Below, piece by piece: positions 9,626-18,468 of a DNA stretch of 64,000 nt. The notes beneath the pieces are model-generated. The model was given only the letters and a program-made list of their open reading frames with translations. It had not been told where the DNA came from and ran no database searches. Within the stretch, counting starts at the first letter, position 1, and every line of letters begins with the position of its first letter. The DNA comes from an uncultured Candidatus Saccharibacteria bacterium. Its GTDB lineage: Bacteria > Patescibacteriota > Minisyncoccia > Portnoybacterales > UBA2143. The DNA is taken from contig CAYPQZ010000006.1 of NCBI GenBank assembly GCA_964413015.1, forward strand, positions 74,415 to 138,414. The letters run 5' to 3'. The translations under genes and the position numbers were made by a program.

Positions 9626-10771
9626 ATGCGAATCTTATTCACTGGCGGCGGCACGGGAGGACATATTTTTCCCATAATCGCCGTAGCCAGACAATTGAAA
9701 AAAAATTATCAAGAATCAGTTGAGCCGATTGGACCGGGCAGAGAAACTATCTTAGAAATGTTTTTCTTGGGCTCTAACGGGTTCGCTAAAAATCTTTTGG
9801 AAAAAGAAGGAATTGAAGTCAGGATTATTTTATCCGGAAAATTTAGGCGCTATTTTTCGATTTACAATTTCCTAGACATGTTCAAGATTCCCATAGGCAT
9901 TTTGCAGTGTCTTTGGAGTCTCTATTTCCTAATGCCCGATGTTATTTTCAGCAAGGGTGGATATGGCAGCGTCCCGGTAGTACTAGTTGCCTGGCTTTAC
10001 CGAATTCCCGTTTTAACTCACGAGTCGGACGTTTTGCCAGGATTGGCCAATCGCTTAGCGGCTAGGTTGTCAAAAACAATTGCAGTTTCTTTTGCGGCGG
10101 CTAAAAAACATTTTCCTAATAATAAGACCGTTTTAATAGGTAATCCGATCCGTTCAGAAGTTGTCCAAATTTGCCTTTCTTTGGGCAAAGAAAGTAAAGA
10201 AAAAACCAGAAACATCTTTAAGATAATCAGCCAGAAACCAGTTATTTTGATTCTCGGCGGGAGTCAAGGAGCTGAGAAAATAAATGATTTAGTTATCAGC
10301 AGTTTGTTTAAGCTCCTGGAAAAATATGAGGTTATTCATCAGTGCGGAGAGAAAAATTATGATAGCATCATTAAAAAAATGGATCAATTGCCGGTCAGCT
10401 ATCACGTTTATCCTTTTTTAAGCGAAAAGCAAATATCCTTGGCTTATTACTTGTCAGATTTGATTGTTTCTCGGGCCGGAGCAGGCAGTATTTCCGAAAT
10501 TGCCGCCTGCGGCAAGCCAAGCATTCTAATTCCTTTGCCAAAATCGGCTTCCGGGCATCAAAGGGAGAACGCCTTTAACTATGCTAAGACAGGAGCAACG
10601 GTTATCCTGGAACATCTTAATTTAACCCCTCATCTTTTCATTAATGAAATTAATAAAATTCTGGATAATCCAGAATTGTCTCAGAAAATGTCTAATAACG
10701 CTAAAGAATTTTCCCGTCCGGAAGCGGCCCAGGAAATCGCACGGAAAATAGTGGAGATGGGGAGAATATGA
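9626..10771 (+). CDS. murG: Undecaprenyldiphospho-muramoylpentapeptide beta-N-acetylglucosaminyltransferase
   Basis: ILFTGGGTGGHIFP N-terminal motif and the GT28 fold. Confidence 0.9.
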   Translation: MRILFTGGGTGGHIFPIIAVARQLKKNYQESVEPIGPGRETILEMFFLGSNGFAKNLLEKEGIEVRIILSGKFRRYFSIYNFLDMFKIPIGILQCLWSLYFLMPDVIFSKGGYGSVPVVLVAWLYRIPVLTHESDVLPGLANRLAARLSKTIAVSFAAAKKHFPNNKTVLIGNPIRSEVVQICLSLGKESKEKTRNIFKIISQKPVILILGGSQGAEKINDLVISSLFKLLEKYEVIHQCGEKNYDSIIKKMDQLPVSYHVYPFLSEKQISLAYYLSDLIVSRAGAGSISEIAACGKPSILIPLPKSASGHQRENAFNYAKTGATVILEHLNLTPHLFINEINKILDNPELSQKMSNNAKEFSRPEAAQEIARKIVEMGRI

Positions 10772-12147
10772 ATAATAATAAACCAATCAGAGTTAGAATT
10801 GCGCCCAGTCCGACTGGCTTATTTCATATTGGCACGGCCCGGACTACGCTCTTCAATTATTTATTTGCTAAAAAGAACAATGGCAAATTTATTTTACGCA
10901 TTGAAGACACTGACAAAGAAAGATCAGAGGGAAAATACAAAAAAGACATTCTTGATAATCTAAAATGGCTGGGTCTGGAATGGGATGAAGAATACTGCCA
11001 GAGTGAGCGAATAGCTATTTATGAAAAATATCTTAAAAAACTTTTAGATTCCGGACAAGCATTTTATTGTTACCATACTAAAGAAGAACTGGATAAGGAA
11101 AAAAATAAGCAGATGGCTAATAAGGAAGCCCCGCGTCATATTTGCGATGGCCGGGGAGCTTCTTCAAAAGGGATTATTAGATTTAGATGCCCGGATAAGA
11201 AAATTACTTTTAATGATTTAATCAAAGGAGAATTAACGTTTGACGGAAATTTGCTAGGGGATATAAGCATTGCCAAAGATGAAAAAACGCCGCTTTATAA
11301 TTTTGCCGCTTCGGTGGATGACGCTGAAATGAAAATGAGCCATATCATTAGGGGCGAAGACCATATTTCCAATACGCCTAAACAGATTTTTATTCTTGAG
11401 GCGTTGGGATTAGATTGTCCTGAGTATGCTCATCTCCCTTTAACTCTGGGTCCCGATAAGACGAAATTAAGCAAGCGGCATGGAGTTGTTTCGGTAACCC
11501 GATATAGAAAAGAAGGATATTTGCCGGAGGCGCTGGTTAATTTTATAGCTTTTCTTGGTTGGCATCCGGGCAATGAAAAAGAGATTTTTTCTTTGAAAGA
11601 ATTAGAGCGGGAGTTCTCTATAGAAAGAATAAACAAGTCCAATGCAATCTTTAACATCAATAAGCTTGACTGGTATAATGGCCAATATATTCGGAAAATG
11701 GATTTGGATAAATTGACCGAATTATGCTTGCCTTATCTGTCCCAAGAAACTAATTTTGATTATGCTAAAAAAGTTGTTGCTTTAGAACAAGAAAGGTTAA
11801 AAAAGCTTTCTGAAATAGGGGAGTTAACTAAGTTTTTCTTTTTGGACAAGCTGGACTATCCAAAAGAGCTGCTAATTTGGAAGAAAATGACTTTAAAAGA
11901 GGTTAAAAACAACCTTGACATATTAGGTAAAGCATTGTCTAAAATAGATAAATTTGACCAAAATTCGTTTCAAGGTATTCTGATGCCTCTGGCTGAAAAA
12001 CATGGCTCTGGAGAGCTTCTGTGGCCTCTGAGAGTGGCTTTAACAGGCCAAAAGGCCTCTCCTGGTCCCTTTGAAATAATGGAAGTTTTGGGTAAAAAAA
12101 AGGTTCTTAAAAGAATAGAAGAAGCCATGGAATTAATTGAAATTTAA
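10768..12147 (+). CDS. gltX: Glutamyl-tRNA synthetase
   Basis: HIGH motif (PSPTGLFHIGTART) and KMSKS-like KLSKR. It shares an ATGA overlap with murG. Confidence 0.9.
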   Translation: MNNNKPIRVRIAPSPTGLFHIGTARTTLFNYLFAKKNNGKFILRIEDTDKERSEGKYKKDILDNLKWLGLEWDEEYCQSERIAIYEKYLKKLLDSGQAFYCYHTKEELDKEKNKQMANKEAPRHICDGRGASSKGIIRFRCPDKKITFNDLIKGELTFDGNLLGDISIAKDEKTPLYNFAASVDDAEMKMSHIIRGEDHISNTPKQIFILEALGLDCPEYAHLPLTLGPDKTKLSKRHGVVSVTRYRKEGYLPEALVNFIAFLGWHPGNEKEIFSLKELEREFSIERINKSNAIFNINKLDWYNGQYIRKMDLDKLTELCLPYLSQETNFDYAKKVVALEQERLKKLSEIGELTKFFFLDKLDYPKELLIWKKMTLKEVKNNLDILGKALSKIDKFDQNSFQGILMPLAEKHGSGELLWPLRVALTGQKASPGPFEIMEVLGKKKVLKRIEEAMELIEI

Positions 12148-12276
12148 GGATTTGATAAGAGGAAACAGATAAGGACTGTTTTTAAGGAAATTTAAGGGTT
12201 GTCATTGAGGATCACGTCCCTTTACAGAAGGCAAACTTGACAAGGACTGTCTTTATCATTGGCAATCCTTAACTTT
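12141..12276. repeat. Family-A modular repeat (partial copy)
   Basis: aatttaagga...gggttgtcattgaggatcacgtccc...aacttgacaaggactgtctttatca. The left end overlaps the gltX stop codon. Confidence 0.8.
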
Positions 12277-12278
12277 TT

Positions 12279-13559
12279 ATGAAATTCAGAATATATAAAT
12301 TTTTTTTAGTTATTTTTTTACTTTTCCCCTTAATAACTCAAGGCGGCTTGATTGATGATATTAATAAACAAATTGAAGAGCAAGAAGTCAAAAGAGCTGA
12401 ACTGGAAAGACAAGCTGCTGAATACCAGCAGGTGATTGAACAAAAAAAAGGAGAAATAAAGAGCTTGAGCAACCAAATCGCTATTTTTAACGCTCGGATA
12501 AATAAACTGCAGGTGGAAATAAATATTACTAAAGATGATATTGACCAAACAGAAATGGAAATCATATCTTTAGAATATGGCATAGTTCAGGCAGATAAGG
12601 ATATTCTTGAACAGAAAGATAATTTAGGAACGGTTATCCAGGCAATTGCCGAATTTGACCAGACCAGCCAGATGGAAATGATTTTATTCAGCGATGATTT
12701 TTCTGATTTTTTTAATCAATTGACCTATTTAGACAACCTTCAGAATGGAGTCAAGGAAAAGGTTGAAAGCTTGAGAGCGTTAAAACAATTGTTAAGCAAG
12801 GATAAAGAAAGCAAGGAAGAGAAGAAAGAACATTTACAAGGGCTAAAAGAGCAATTGGACAGCCAGAAATGGTCTTTAGCCAGTCAAAGAAGCTCCAAAG
12901 AAATTCTTTTGAACCAGACCCGAGGAGAGGAAGGCAAATATCAGCAGATGCTGGCTAATATTGAGGCGCAGAAGAAATCATTGTTGGGCGACATTAACCG
13001 GTTGCGCCAACAAAAAGCGGATGAATTGGCCCGTCTGGAGGAGCTTCAGGAGAAGCCGCCTTCAGGTTTCTGGGCCTCTTTGAGTTGGTACTATCGCCAG
13101 GACGATTCTCGGTGGACAGACACAACTATCGGTATCAGCGATTCCCAATTGGGGGATTACGGCTGCGCTATCAGCTCGGTGGCTATGATTTTTACTTATC
13201 ACGGAGAAACGATTACTCCAAAACAATTGGCTAAGGAGTCAATCTATTATTCCAGCCTGATTATTTGGCCAGACCGATGGGGAAGCCTGCGCAAAGTTTT
13301 AGGAACTTACCGAACGGCAGTTGACTGGTTCAGGATTGACCGGGAGCTGGGAGCCGGTTATCCGGTAATCGTCCGGGTTCAGGCGGACGGATACAGCGGA
13401 GCGCATTATGTAGTCGTCCATCATAAAACGGATGATGGCAGATATGTAGTCCATGACCCTTTATTCGGGGCAAATATATATTTATCTTCCAGCCGCGCCT
13501 TTATTGGCGAACTTTACGACACCAGTACCAGCATTAACCAAATGATTGTTTATCATTAA
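12279..13559 (+). CDS. PcsB/EnvC-like coiled-coil protein with C-terminal Peptidase_C39-like/CHAP-like cysteine peptidase domain
   Basis: Signal peptide and a ~230-aa coiled coil. The C-terminal domain has catalytic Cys in GCAISSVAMIF and His in GAHYVVVHH. The N-terminal domain is homologous to that of ORF 45582..46889 (shared FSDFFNQL(T/S)xL(D/E)N(L/V)Q). Confidence 0.6.
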   Translation: MKFRIYKFFLVIFLLFPLITQGGLIDDINKQIEEQEVKRAELERQAAEYQQVIEQKKGEIKSLSNQIAIFNARINKLQVEINITKDDIDQTEMEIISLEYGIVQADKDILEQKDNLGTVIQAIAEFDQTSQMEMILFSDDFSDFFNQLTYLDNLQNGVKEKVESLRALKQLLSKDKESKEEKKEHLQGLKEQLDSQKWSLASQRSSKEILLNQTRGEEGKYQQMLANIEAQKKSLLGDINRLRQQKADELARLEELQEKPPSGFWASLSWYYRQDDSRWTDTTIGISDSQLGDYGCAISSVAMIFTYHGETITPKQLAKESIYYSSLIIWPDRWGSLRKVLGTYRTAVDWFRIDRELGAGYPVIVRVQADGYSGAHYVVVHHKTDDGRYVVHDPLFGANIYLSSSRAFIGELYDTSTSINQMIVYH

Positions 13560-14250
13560 ATCTATGAAAGCGAATCCGGGGAAAAAATTAGTCCTTCAGA
13601 TAAACGGAGAAAAATACGCCCGCTATCCGATTAAGACTGAATTAATTACTCCGAATGACAGAAATTTCCCAAAAGTAATCAAAAAATACCTTGAGGGCAA
13701 ACTTAGAGCGGGGGATATTGTCTTTGTTGGCGAGAAGATTATTGCAATTATGCAGGGGAGAGCTTATCCGGTTAGCGAGATAAAGCCGAGTCCGATGGCT
13801 GCGTGGTTAAGCCGAAAAGTTTACAGGAATCCGGCCGGAATCGGTTTGGCATCTCCGGAAACAATGCAGTTAGCGATTGAGGAAATAGGGCTTTGGCGGA
13901 TTCTTCTGGCAGGTCTGGCCGCTTTAATAACCAAGCCGTTTGGAATTAGGGGAATTTTCTATCTGATTGCCGGCGAAAAAGCGCGCGGTATAGACGGTCC
14001 GGTCTCTTACGCAATTCCTCCTTACAATACTTACGCCAGCAAGATTCCTAAGAAGCCCGGGCAAGCGGCTGAACAAATCAGCCAGAAGATTAATTCGCCG
14101 GTGGCGATTGTTGACGCCAATGATTTAGGCGTCCGGATTCTTGGCGCCAGCCAGGGAATTGACAAAAAACTTTTACTCAAGGCCTTAAAAGACAATCCTT
14201 TGGGGCAGACAGATGAATCAACTCCAATTGGCGTTTTAAGAAAATTATGA
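13546..14250 (+). CDS. CofE-like (F420-0:gamma-glutamyl ligase family) domain protein, function unknown
   Basis: Weak pattern-level resemblance to the F420_ligase/CofE family. Translationally coupled by a 14-bp overlap to the upstream gene. Confidence 0.3.
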   Translation: MFIIKSMKANPGKKLVLQINGEKYARYPIKTELITPNDRNFPKVIKKYLEGKLRAGDIVFVGEKIIAIMQGRAYPVSEIKPSPMAAWLSRKVYRNPAGIGLASPETMQLAIEEIGLWRILLAGLAALITKPFGIRGIFYLIAGEKARGIDGPVSYAIPPYNTYASKIPKKPGQAAEQISQKINSPVAIVDANDLGVRILGASQGIDKKLLLKALKDNPLGQTDESTPIGVLRKL

Positions 14251-14666
14251 CTAAACCGAAAACTTTATTAATCCTGATTTTTATTTTAATAATTGTCGTT
14301 TATGCGTTTTTACAGAACAATGCCGATTTACTTTCTTTTAATAGAACTAGACAAATGATTAATCAGAAATTGATTAATCCGATGAAACAATTCTTAACAG
14401 ACAGAAACATTAAAGAAGAAAGTCAAGAATTTTTAGATAAAGCCGAAGAAACTGTTGAACAGAAACAGGAAGAATTAGTTGATAAAACGCAGGAAAAAGT
14501 TAAGCAAGAGATCAAAGATGGCGCTAAAAATTGGTTAGGCGGCAAATTAGAGCTTGTTAAAAAAGGCTTAACTCCCCTAAAAAACAAGCTTCAAGAGGGG
14601 AGATGCCAGTTAAGAGAACAGGTTAATAAATTAAAAAATTATTTAAGCGGCTGGTGGGAAGAATAA
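14247..14666 (+). CDS. Small membrane-anchored coiled-coil protein, hypothetical
   Basis: N-terminal TM helix followed by a charged coiled-coil region. ATGA overlap with the upstream gene. Confidence 0.4.
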   Translation: MTKPKTLLILIFILIIVVYAFLQNNADLLSFNRTRQMINQKLINPMKQFLTDRNIKEESQEFLDKAEETVEQKQEELVDKTQEKVKQEIKDGAKNWLGGKLELVKKGLTPLKNKLQEGRCQLREQVNKLKNYLSGWWEE

Positions 14667-14797
14667 AATAGACATACTTCTCTTTATAGGGGACAGGGAA
14701 TTATCCACAGGATAAGTTGACGGCTTTTAAGCCGTACCTTAAAATAGATATATAGTCGCATAATATACCTTAATACACATTTAATACATTAAAAAAT

Positions 14798-15739
14798 ATG
14801 GAAAAGAACCAAAAACCACTTCCTCAGCATTTAACTGATTTTCTGGACTGGTTGGACATTGAAAAAGGTTTATCTAATAAATCCCAGGAAAACTATTCCC
14901 GCTTCCTTAAGAAATTCATTGACTGGTTGGCAAAAAATAATCTAAGCGATTTAAAGCCTCACGAACTCTCCCCTGCCCATATTTGGGAATACCGAGTGTA
15001 TCTATCACGGCATTCCGAAAAACCTTTGAAAAAGACAACCCAGAACTATTACTTGATTGCTTTGAGGTCTTTTTTGAATTATTTTGCCAATCGAGATATA
15101 ATTTCCTTGCCTTCGGAGAAAGTCAAACTGGCCAAAAGCAAAGATGAGAAAAAGGTTCATTTCTTAAACCTAGAGCAAATAGAAAAACTTTTAGCGGCGC
15201 CGGATGTAAAGAGAATAAATGGATTAAGGGATCGGGTTATTCTAGAAGTTTTGTTTTCAACCGGATTGAGAATTGCCGAACTGGTTTCCCTTAACCGGGA
15301 CCAAATCAGGATTACTCCTTTGACCAAAGATTTAGAAATTGGTATTATCGGCAAAGGCAATCATAACCGAACAGTCTATTTCTCCGAAAGGACAGTTTAT
15401 TGGTTGAAAAAATATCTTGACCAAAGGGAAGACAAGGATAAAGCTCTGTTCGTTAATTATCAGGGCAGGAAAAACGCTACTCGGCGGCTGACTGACCGTT
15501 CCATTGAAAGGAATATAAAAAAATATTCTTTGCTAGCCGGGTTATCAGGCAACACCACCCCGCATACTCTTAGACATTCTTTTGCCACCGATTTGCTTTC
15601 TCAAGGTGTTGACTTGCGTTTAATTCAGGAATTCTTAGGACATCGGAATATTGCCACTACTCAGATTTACACCCACGTGACTAACAAACGTTTGAAGGAT
15701 ATCCATCGTAAATTTCACGGAGGTAAGAAATTAGAATAA
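14798..15739 (+). CDS. xerC: Tyrosine recombinase XerC/XerD family
   Basis: C-terminal catalytic motif HTLRHSFATDLLSQGVDLRLIQEFLGHRNIATTQIYTHV and an N-terminal core-binding domain. About 310 aa. Confidence 0.8.
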   Translation: MEKNQKPLPQHLTDFLDWLDIEKGLSNKSQENYSRFLKKFIDWLAKNNLSDLKPHELSPAHIWEYRVYLSRHSEKPLKKTTQNYYLIALRSFLNYFANRDIISLPSEKVKLAKSKDEKKVHFLNLEQIEKLLAAPDVKRINGLRDRVILEVLFSTGLRIAELVSLNRDQIRITPLTKDLEIGIIGKGNHNRTVYFSERTVYWLKKYLDQREDKDKALFVNYQGRKNATRRLTDRSIERNIKKYSLLAGLSGNTTPHTLRHSFATDLLSQGVDLRLIQEFLGHRNIATTQIYTHVTNKRLKDIHRKFHGGKKLE

Positions 15740-15743
15740 AAAT

Positions 15744-16883
15744 ATGCGCGTCTCTTATTCCGGGCTGGAAACCTTTGTTAACTGTCCGGCTAAATATAAG
15801 TTTCAATATGTAGAACGGATAAAAGTTCCCAAGTTAAAGGAAGCGATTTTCGGCACTTTAATTCATGAGTGTTTAAAGATGTTCCACGAACCGAGCCAGA
15901 CAGATTATGTCTCTGAGGAGAAATTGCTCAAATATTTTACGGAAAGATGGAACAGCGAGATTTACCAAGATAAACAGGAAGAGGCCTTTGCCTTCCATCA
16001 GGGAATTAAAATTCTTAAGGATTACTACTTACAAAATCAAAGCTCTGAATTTAATATTATTAATTTAGAGACACCTTTTGAAGCTCCTGTTTTGGATGGG
16101 GCGGAACTTCACCAAATTACCGGACGCATAGACCGGATTGACAAATTAGAAGACGGAACCTTTGAAATAATTGACTACAAAACGAGCAAGAAAATGCCTT
16201 CTCAAGAAGACGTTAATCAGAATTTCCAGTTAGCAATTTATTATCTGGGAGTTATTAATCGCTGGCCTTCTTTAAAAAAACAGAATCGTCCGGTTAAACT
16301 GTCTTTGTATTATTTAAGGCATGGGGAAAAGCTTTCCGCTTTTCAGAATGCTGAAAAAGTTAAGGAAACCAGGCAGAAAATTTTATCTATAATCGACCAA
16401 ATTAAAAAAAGCTCTTTTGAGCCAAGAATGAATTCGTTATGCGACTGGTGCTCCTATCAGCCCTACTGCCCTCTTTTTAAGCATAAGCATTTAATCCATC
16501 AGCCAACAGCCAATGATGAACAAATTAAGGACGTAATTAAGGAATATTTTGAAATCAAGGATAAACAAATGACAAATAACCGGCGTTCGGCTGAATTAAA
16601 AGAAATTATTAACCGGTACTGCGATGAGAATGAAATAGACAGAATTTTCGGAGAGATTGGCTATCTGACTCGTCTGCCCCAGCAAAGATTTTCCTATAAC
16701 TTTAACCAAGTTAAAGAAATCTTAGAGCCGCTTGGCAAATGGAATCAGGTTTTAACCATTGATAAAGTAAAATTCAAAAAAGTCATTGATTCGTTGCCGT
16801 ATGATATTAAAAGGCAGATTGACCAGACCAAAACTCTGGAAAAAGAATTCAAGGTTATAACGGTTAAGAAAATTAAGAAATAG
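15744..16883 (+). CDS. PD-(D/E)XK nuclease, Cas4/RecB-like with Fe-S Cys cluster
   Basis: N-terminal LETFVNCPAKYKF, GRIDRID...EIIDYKTSKK, QLAIYYL and C-terminal CDWCSYQPYC. No CRISPR is present in the window. Confidence 0.6.
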   Translation: MRVSYSGLETFVNCPAKYKFQYVERIKVPKLKEAIFGTLIHECLKMFHEPSQTDYVSEEKLLKYFTERWNSEIYQDKQEEAFAFHQGIKILKDYYLQNQSSEFNIINLETPFEAPVLDGAELHQITGRIDRIDKLEDGTFEIIDYKTSKKMPSQEDVNQNFQLAIYYLGVINRWPSLKKQNRPVKLSLYYLRHGEKLSAFQNAEKVKETRQKILSIIDQIKKSSFEPRMNSLCDWCSYQPYCPLFKHKHLIHQPTANDEQIKDVIKEYFEIKDKQMTNNRRSAELKEIINRYCDENEIDRIFGEIGYLTRLPQQRFSYNFNQVKEILEPLGKWNQVLTIDKVKFKKVIDSLPYDIKRQIDQTKTLEKEFKVITVKKIKK

Positions 16884-16912
16884 ATTTGAGACGTCCAACG
16901 TCTCAAATCCCA
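16884..16912. terminator. Bidirectional rho-independent terminator hairpin
   Basis: gatttgagacg-tccaa-cgtctcaaatc is a perfect 11-bp stem followed by a T/A run. It lies between convergent genes. Confidence 0.6.
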
Positions 16913-16915
16913 ATT

Positions 16916-17338
16916 TTAGTTGTTCGGTCTGTATTTTTCAAAATTGCCGCATGGGGCATAGCCGGCCGTCTGGGCTTCAGCTTCCGAATCAAACCAGATT
17001 TGGTTTTGAGGAGCAATTTTCTTAGCCCAAGGGCATTCGGGCCAATGGTATTTACTGCTGTTAACACTGCCAACAAGTTTCCCCTGCTCTTTCGTTGTGT
17101 CTTCAGTCGCATTTTCTCCAGAGTCAAATTTTGAGGCTTGAATAACTGAGGCCGAAGGATTTTGAATAACAATTGGCTTAATGTCTGCTTGAAGCGCGGT
17201 TAACCGGCCGGCGCCGAAACTGATTAAGGCGATTAAAATAATGCCGATGGTCAGAATAATATCCGACTCGTTATCCCCCGCCCATCGTTGAAGTTTTTTG
17301 GCATTTGGGTTGACGATCCTTTTTAAATCGGCTATCAT
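16916..17338 (-). CDS. Membrane-anchored protein with Ada-N-terminal-like Cys-rich (zinc-binding-like) domain
   Basis: One TM helix. The C-terminal [11 protein letters not shown]...[16 protein letters not shown] resembles the Ada Zn-binding fold (FCRPSC...SEALAAGFRPCKRC) but lacks the fourth Cys. Confidence 0.4.
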   Translation of the reverse strand: MIADLKRIVNPNAKKLQRWAGDNESDIILTIGIILIALISFGAGRLTALQADIKPIVIQNPSASVIQASKFDSGENATEDTTKEQGKLVGSVNSSKYHWPECPWAKKIAPQNQIWFDSEAEAQTAGYAPCGNFEKYRPNN

Positions 17339-17344
17339 ATCTTT

Positions 17345-17617
17345 ATGAGTAAAACAAAATCGGCCGGATCAACTTCGCTCGGCCGTGATTCTCAACCAAA
17401 ATATCTTGGAGTCAAGTTATTTGGCGGTCAGCTGACCCAACCAGGCAGCATTATTGTTCGCCAACGAGGCACCAGGTTTTTGCCAGGCAAGAACGTCCGC
17501 CGGGGCAAAGACGACACCCTTTACGCTATAACTAAAGGAGTTGTTAAGTTTATTACCAAAAAAATTAAGCGCTTTGACGGTTCTCACAGAACCGCCAAAA
17601 TAGTTAATGTGGAATAA
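17345..17617 (+). CDS. rpmA: 50S ribosomal protein L27
   Basis: [19 protein letters not shown]...GKDDTLYA is the L27 signature. Confidence 0.9.
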   Translation: MSKTKSAGSTSLGRDSQPKYLGVKLFGGQLTQPGSIIVRQRGTRFLPGKNVRRGKDDTLYAITKGVVKFITKKIKRFDGSHRTAKIVNVE

Positions 17618-17645
17618 ATAATTAAAAAGAATCTGAAGTAAGAAA

Positions 17646-17675
17646 AAAAGACCCCAAACGGGTCTTTTTTTTTAT
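17646..17675. terminator. Bidirectional rho-independent terminator
   Basis: aaagaccccaaacgggtcttttttttt lies between convergent rpmA and rplI. Confidence 0.7.
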
Positions 17676-17678
17676 TCC

Positions 17679-18182
17679 CTACTCTTCTTTTATTTCTTTT
17701 CTAGCGGGTTCTGCTTCTTCGATGACAATAATCTTGATTTTGGCTTCTAAATTATGAGGAAATTCCACCGTGGTTTCGTACTCTCCCAACTCTTTAATCG
17801 GCGCGTCTATTTTAATCTGTTCTTTTTTTATCTCAAAATTTTCCGGCAGGCCTTCAATAAAAGATATATTTTCTTTTAATTTTCCGGCAATTTGACCGGC
17901 GCCAACCGTTCCGAAAAGACCACCTTCTTTATTTGTCTTAACTGGTATTTCTATCTCCAGGCCATCTATCTGGCTGGCTATTTTCTGGAAAAGCCCCAGT
18001 TCTTTTTCGGCTTTTCCGGCGTCAATTCTTTCCTGCTCTTTTATTTTACTGATTTCCGATTTAGTTGCCAAAACAGCTATCTGTTTGGGAATCAAAAAGT
18101 TGCGGCCGTACCCGTCAGCCACTTTTTTAACTTCTCCTTTTTTCCCTAAATTTTCCAAGTCTTTAAGTAAAACTACTTGCAT
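17679..18182 (-). CDS. rplI: 50S ribosomal protein L9
   Basis: MQVVLLKDLENLGKKGEVKKVADGYGRNFLIPK. The start is taken at the internal Met of the track ORF. Confidence 0.85.
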   Translation of the reverse strand: MQVVLLKDLENLGKKGEVKKVADGYGRNFLIPKQIAVLATKSEISKIKEQERIDAGKAEKELGLFQKIASQIDGLEIEIPVKTNKEGGLFGTVGAGQIAGKLKENISFIEGLPENFEIKKEQIKIDAPIKELGEYETTVEFPHNLEAKIKIIVIEEAEPARKEIKEE

Positions 18183-18192
18183 ATTGGTAATC

Positions 18193-18468
18193 TTAATATT
18201 TAATAATAAAATTTTCAAATCGGCCGGTTGCTTTTTGCCATTTAATATCTATTTTATCAACCTTAGCTAGGATAGGTCCATTATAACACCATTCAATGAA
18301 TTGATTCAAGTCCTCTTCTTTGCCTTCGGCAACTATCTTAACCGTTCCGTCGTCCTGATTGCTGACCCAGCCGGTTAAACCTATTTTTTTAGCTTGTCTT
18401 CTGGTTGAGTCTCGAAAAAGCACACCCTGAACCCGTCCGTAAGCTTTAAGAGTTAATCTTTTATCCAT
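18193..18468 (-). CDS. acyP: Acylphosphatase
   Basis: VQGVLFR...GWV.N..DGTV motifs in a 91-aa protein. Confidence 0.8.
   Translation of the reverse strand: MDKRLTLKAYGRVQGVLFRDSTRRQAKKIGLTGWVSNQDDGTVKIVAEGKEEDLNQFIEWCYNGPILAKVDKIDIKWQKATGRFENFIIKY

Noticed and set aside
16886-17172. ORFs 16886..17134 (+) and 16903..17172 (-)
   Set aside because: These are shadow ORFs overlapping the longer 16916..17338 (-) gene, which has a clear TM plus Cys-rich domain architecture.
18193-18218. Apparent overlap of acyP with the rplI track ORF
   Set aside because: It is resolved by starting rplI at the conserved MQVVLLKDLENLG (18182). The 12 extra N-terminal codons of the track ORF are not L9-like.
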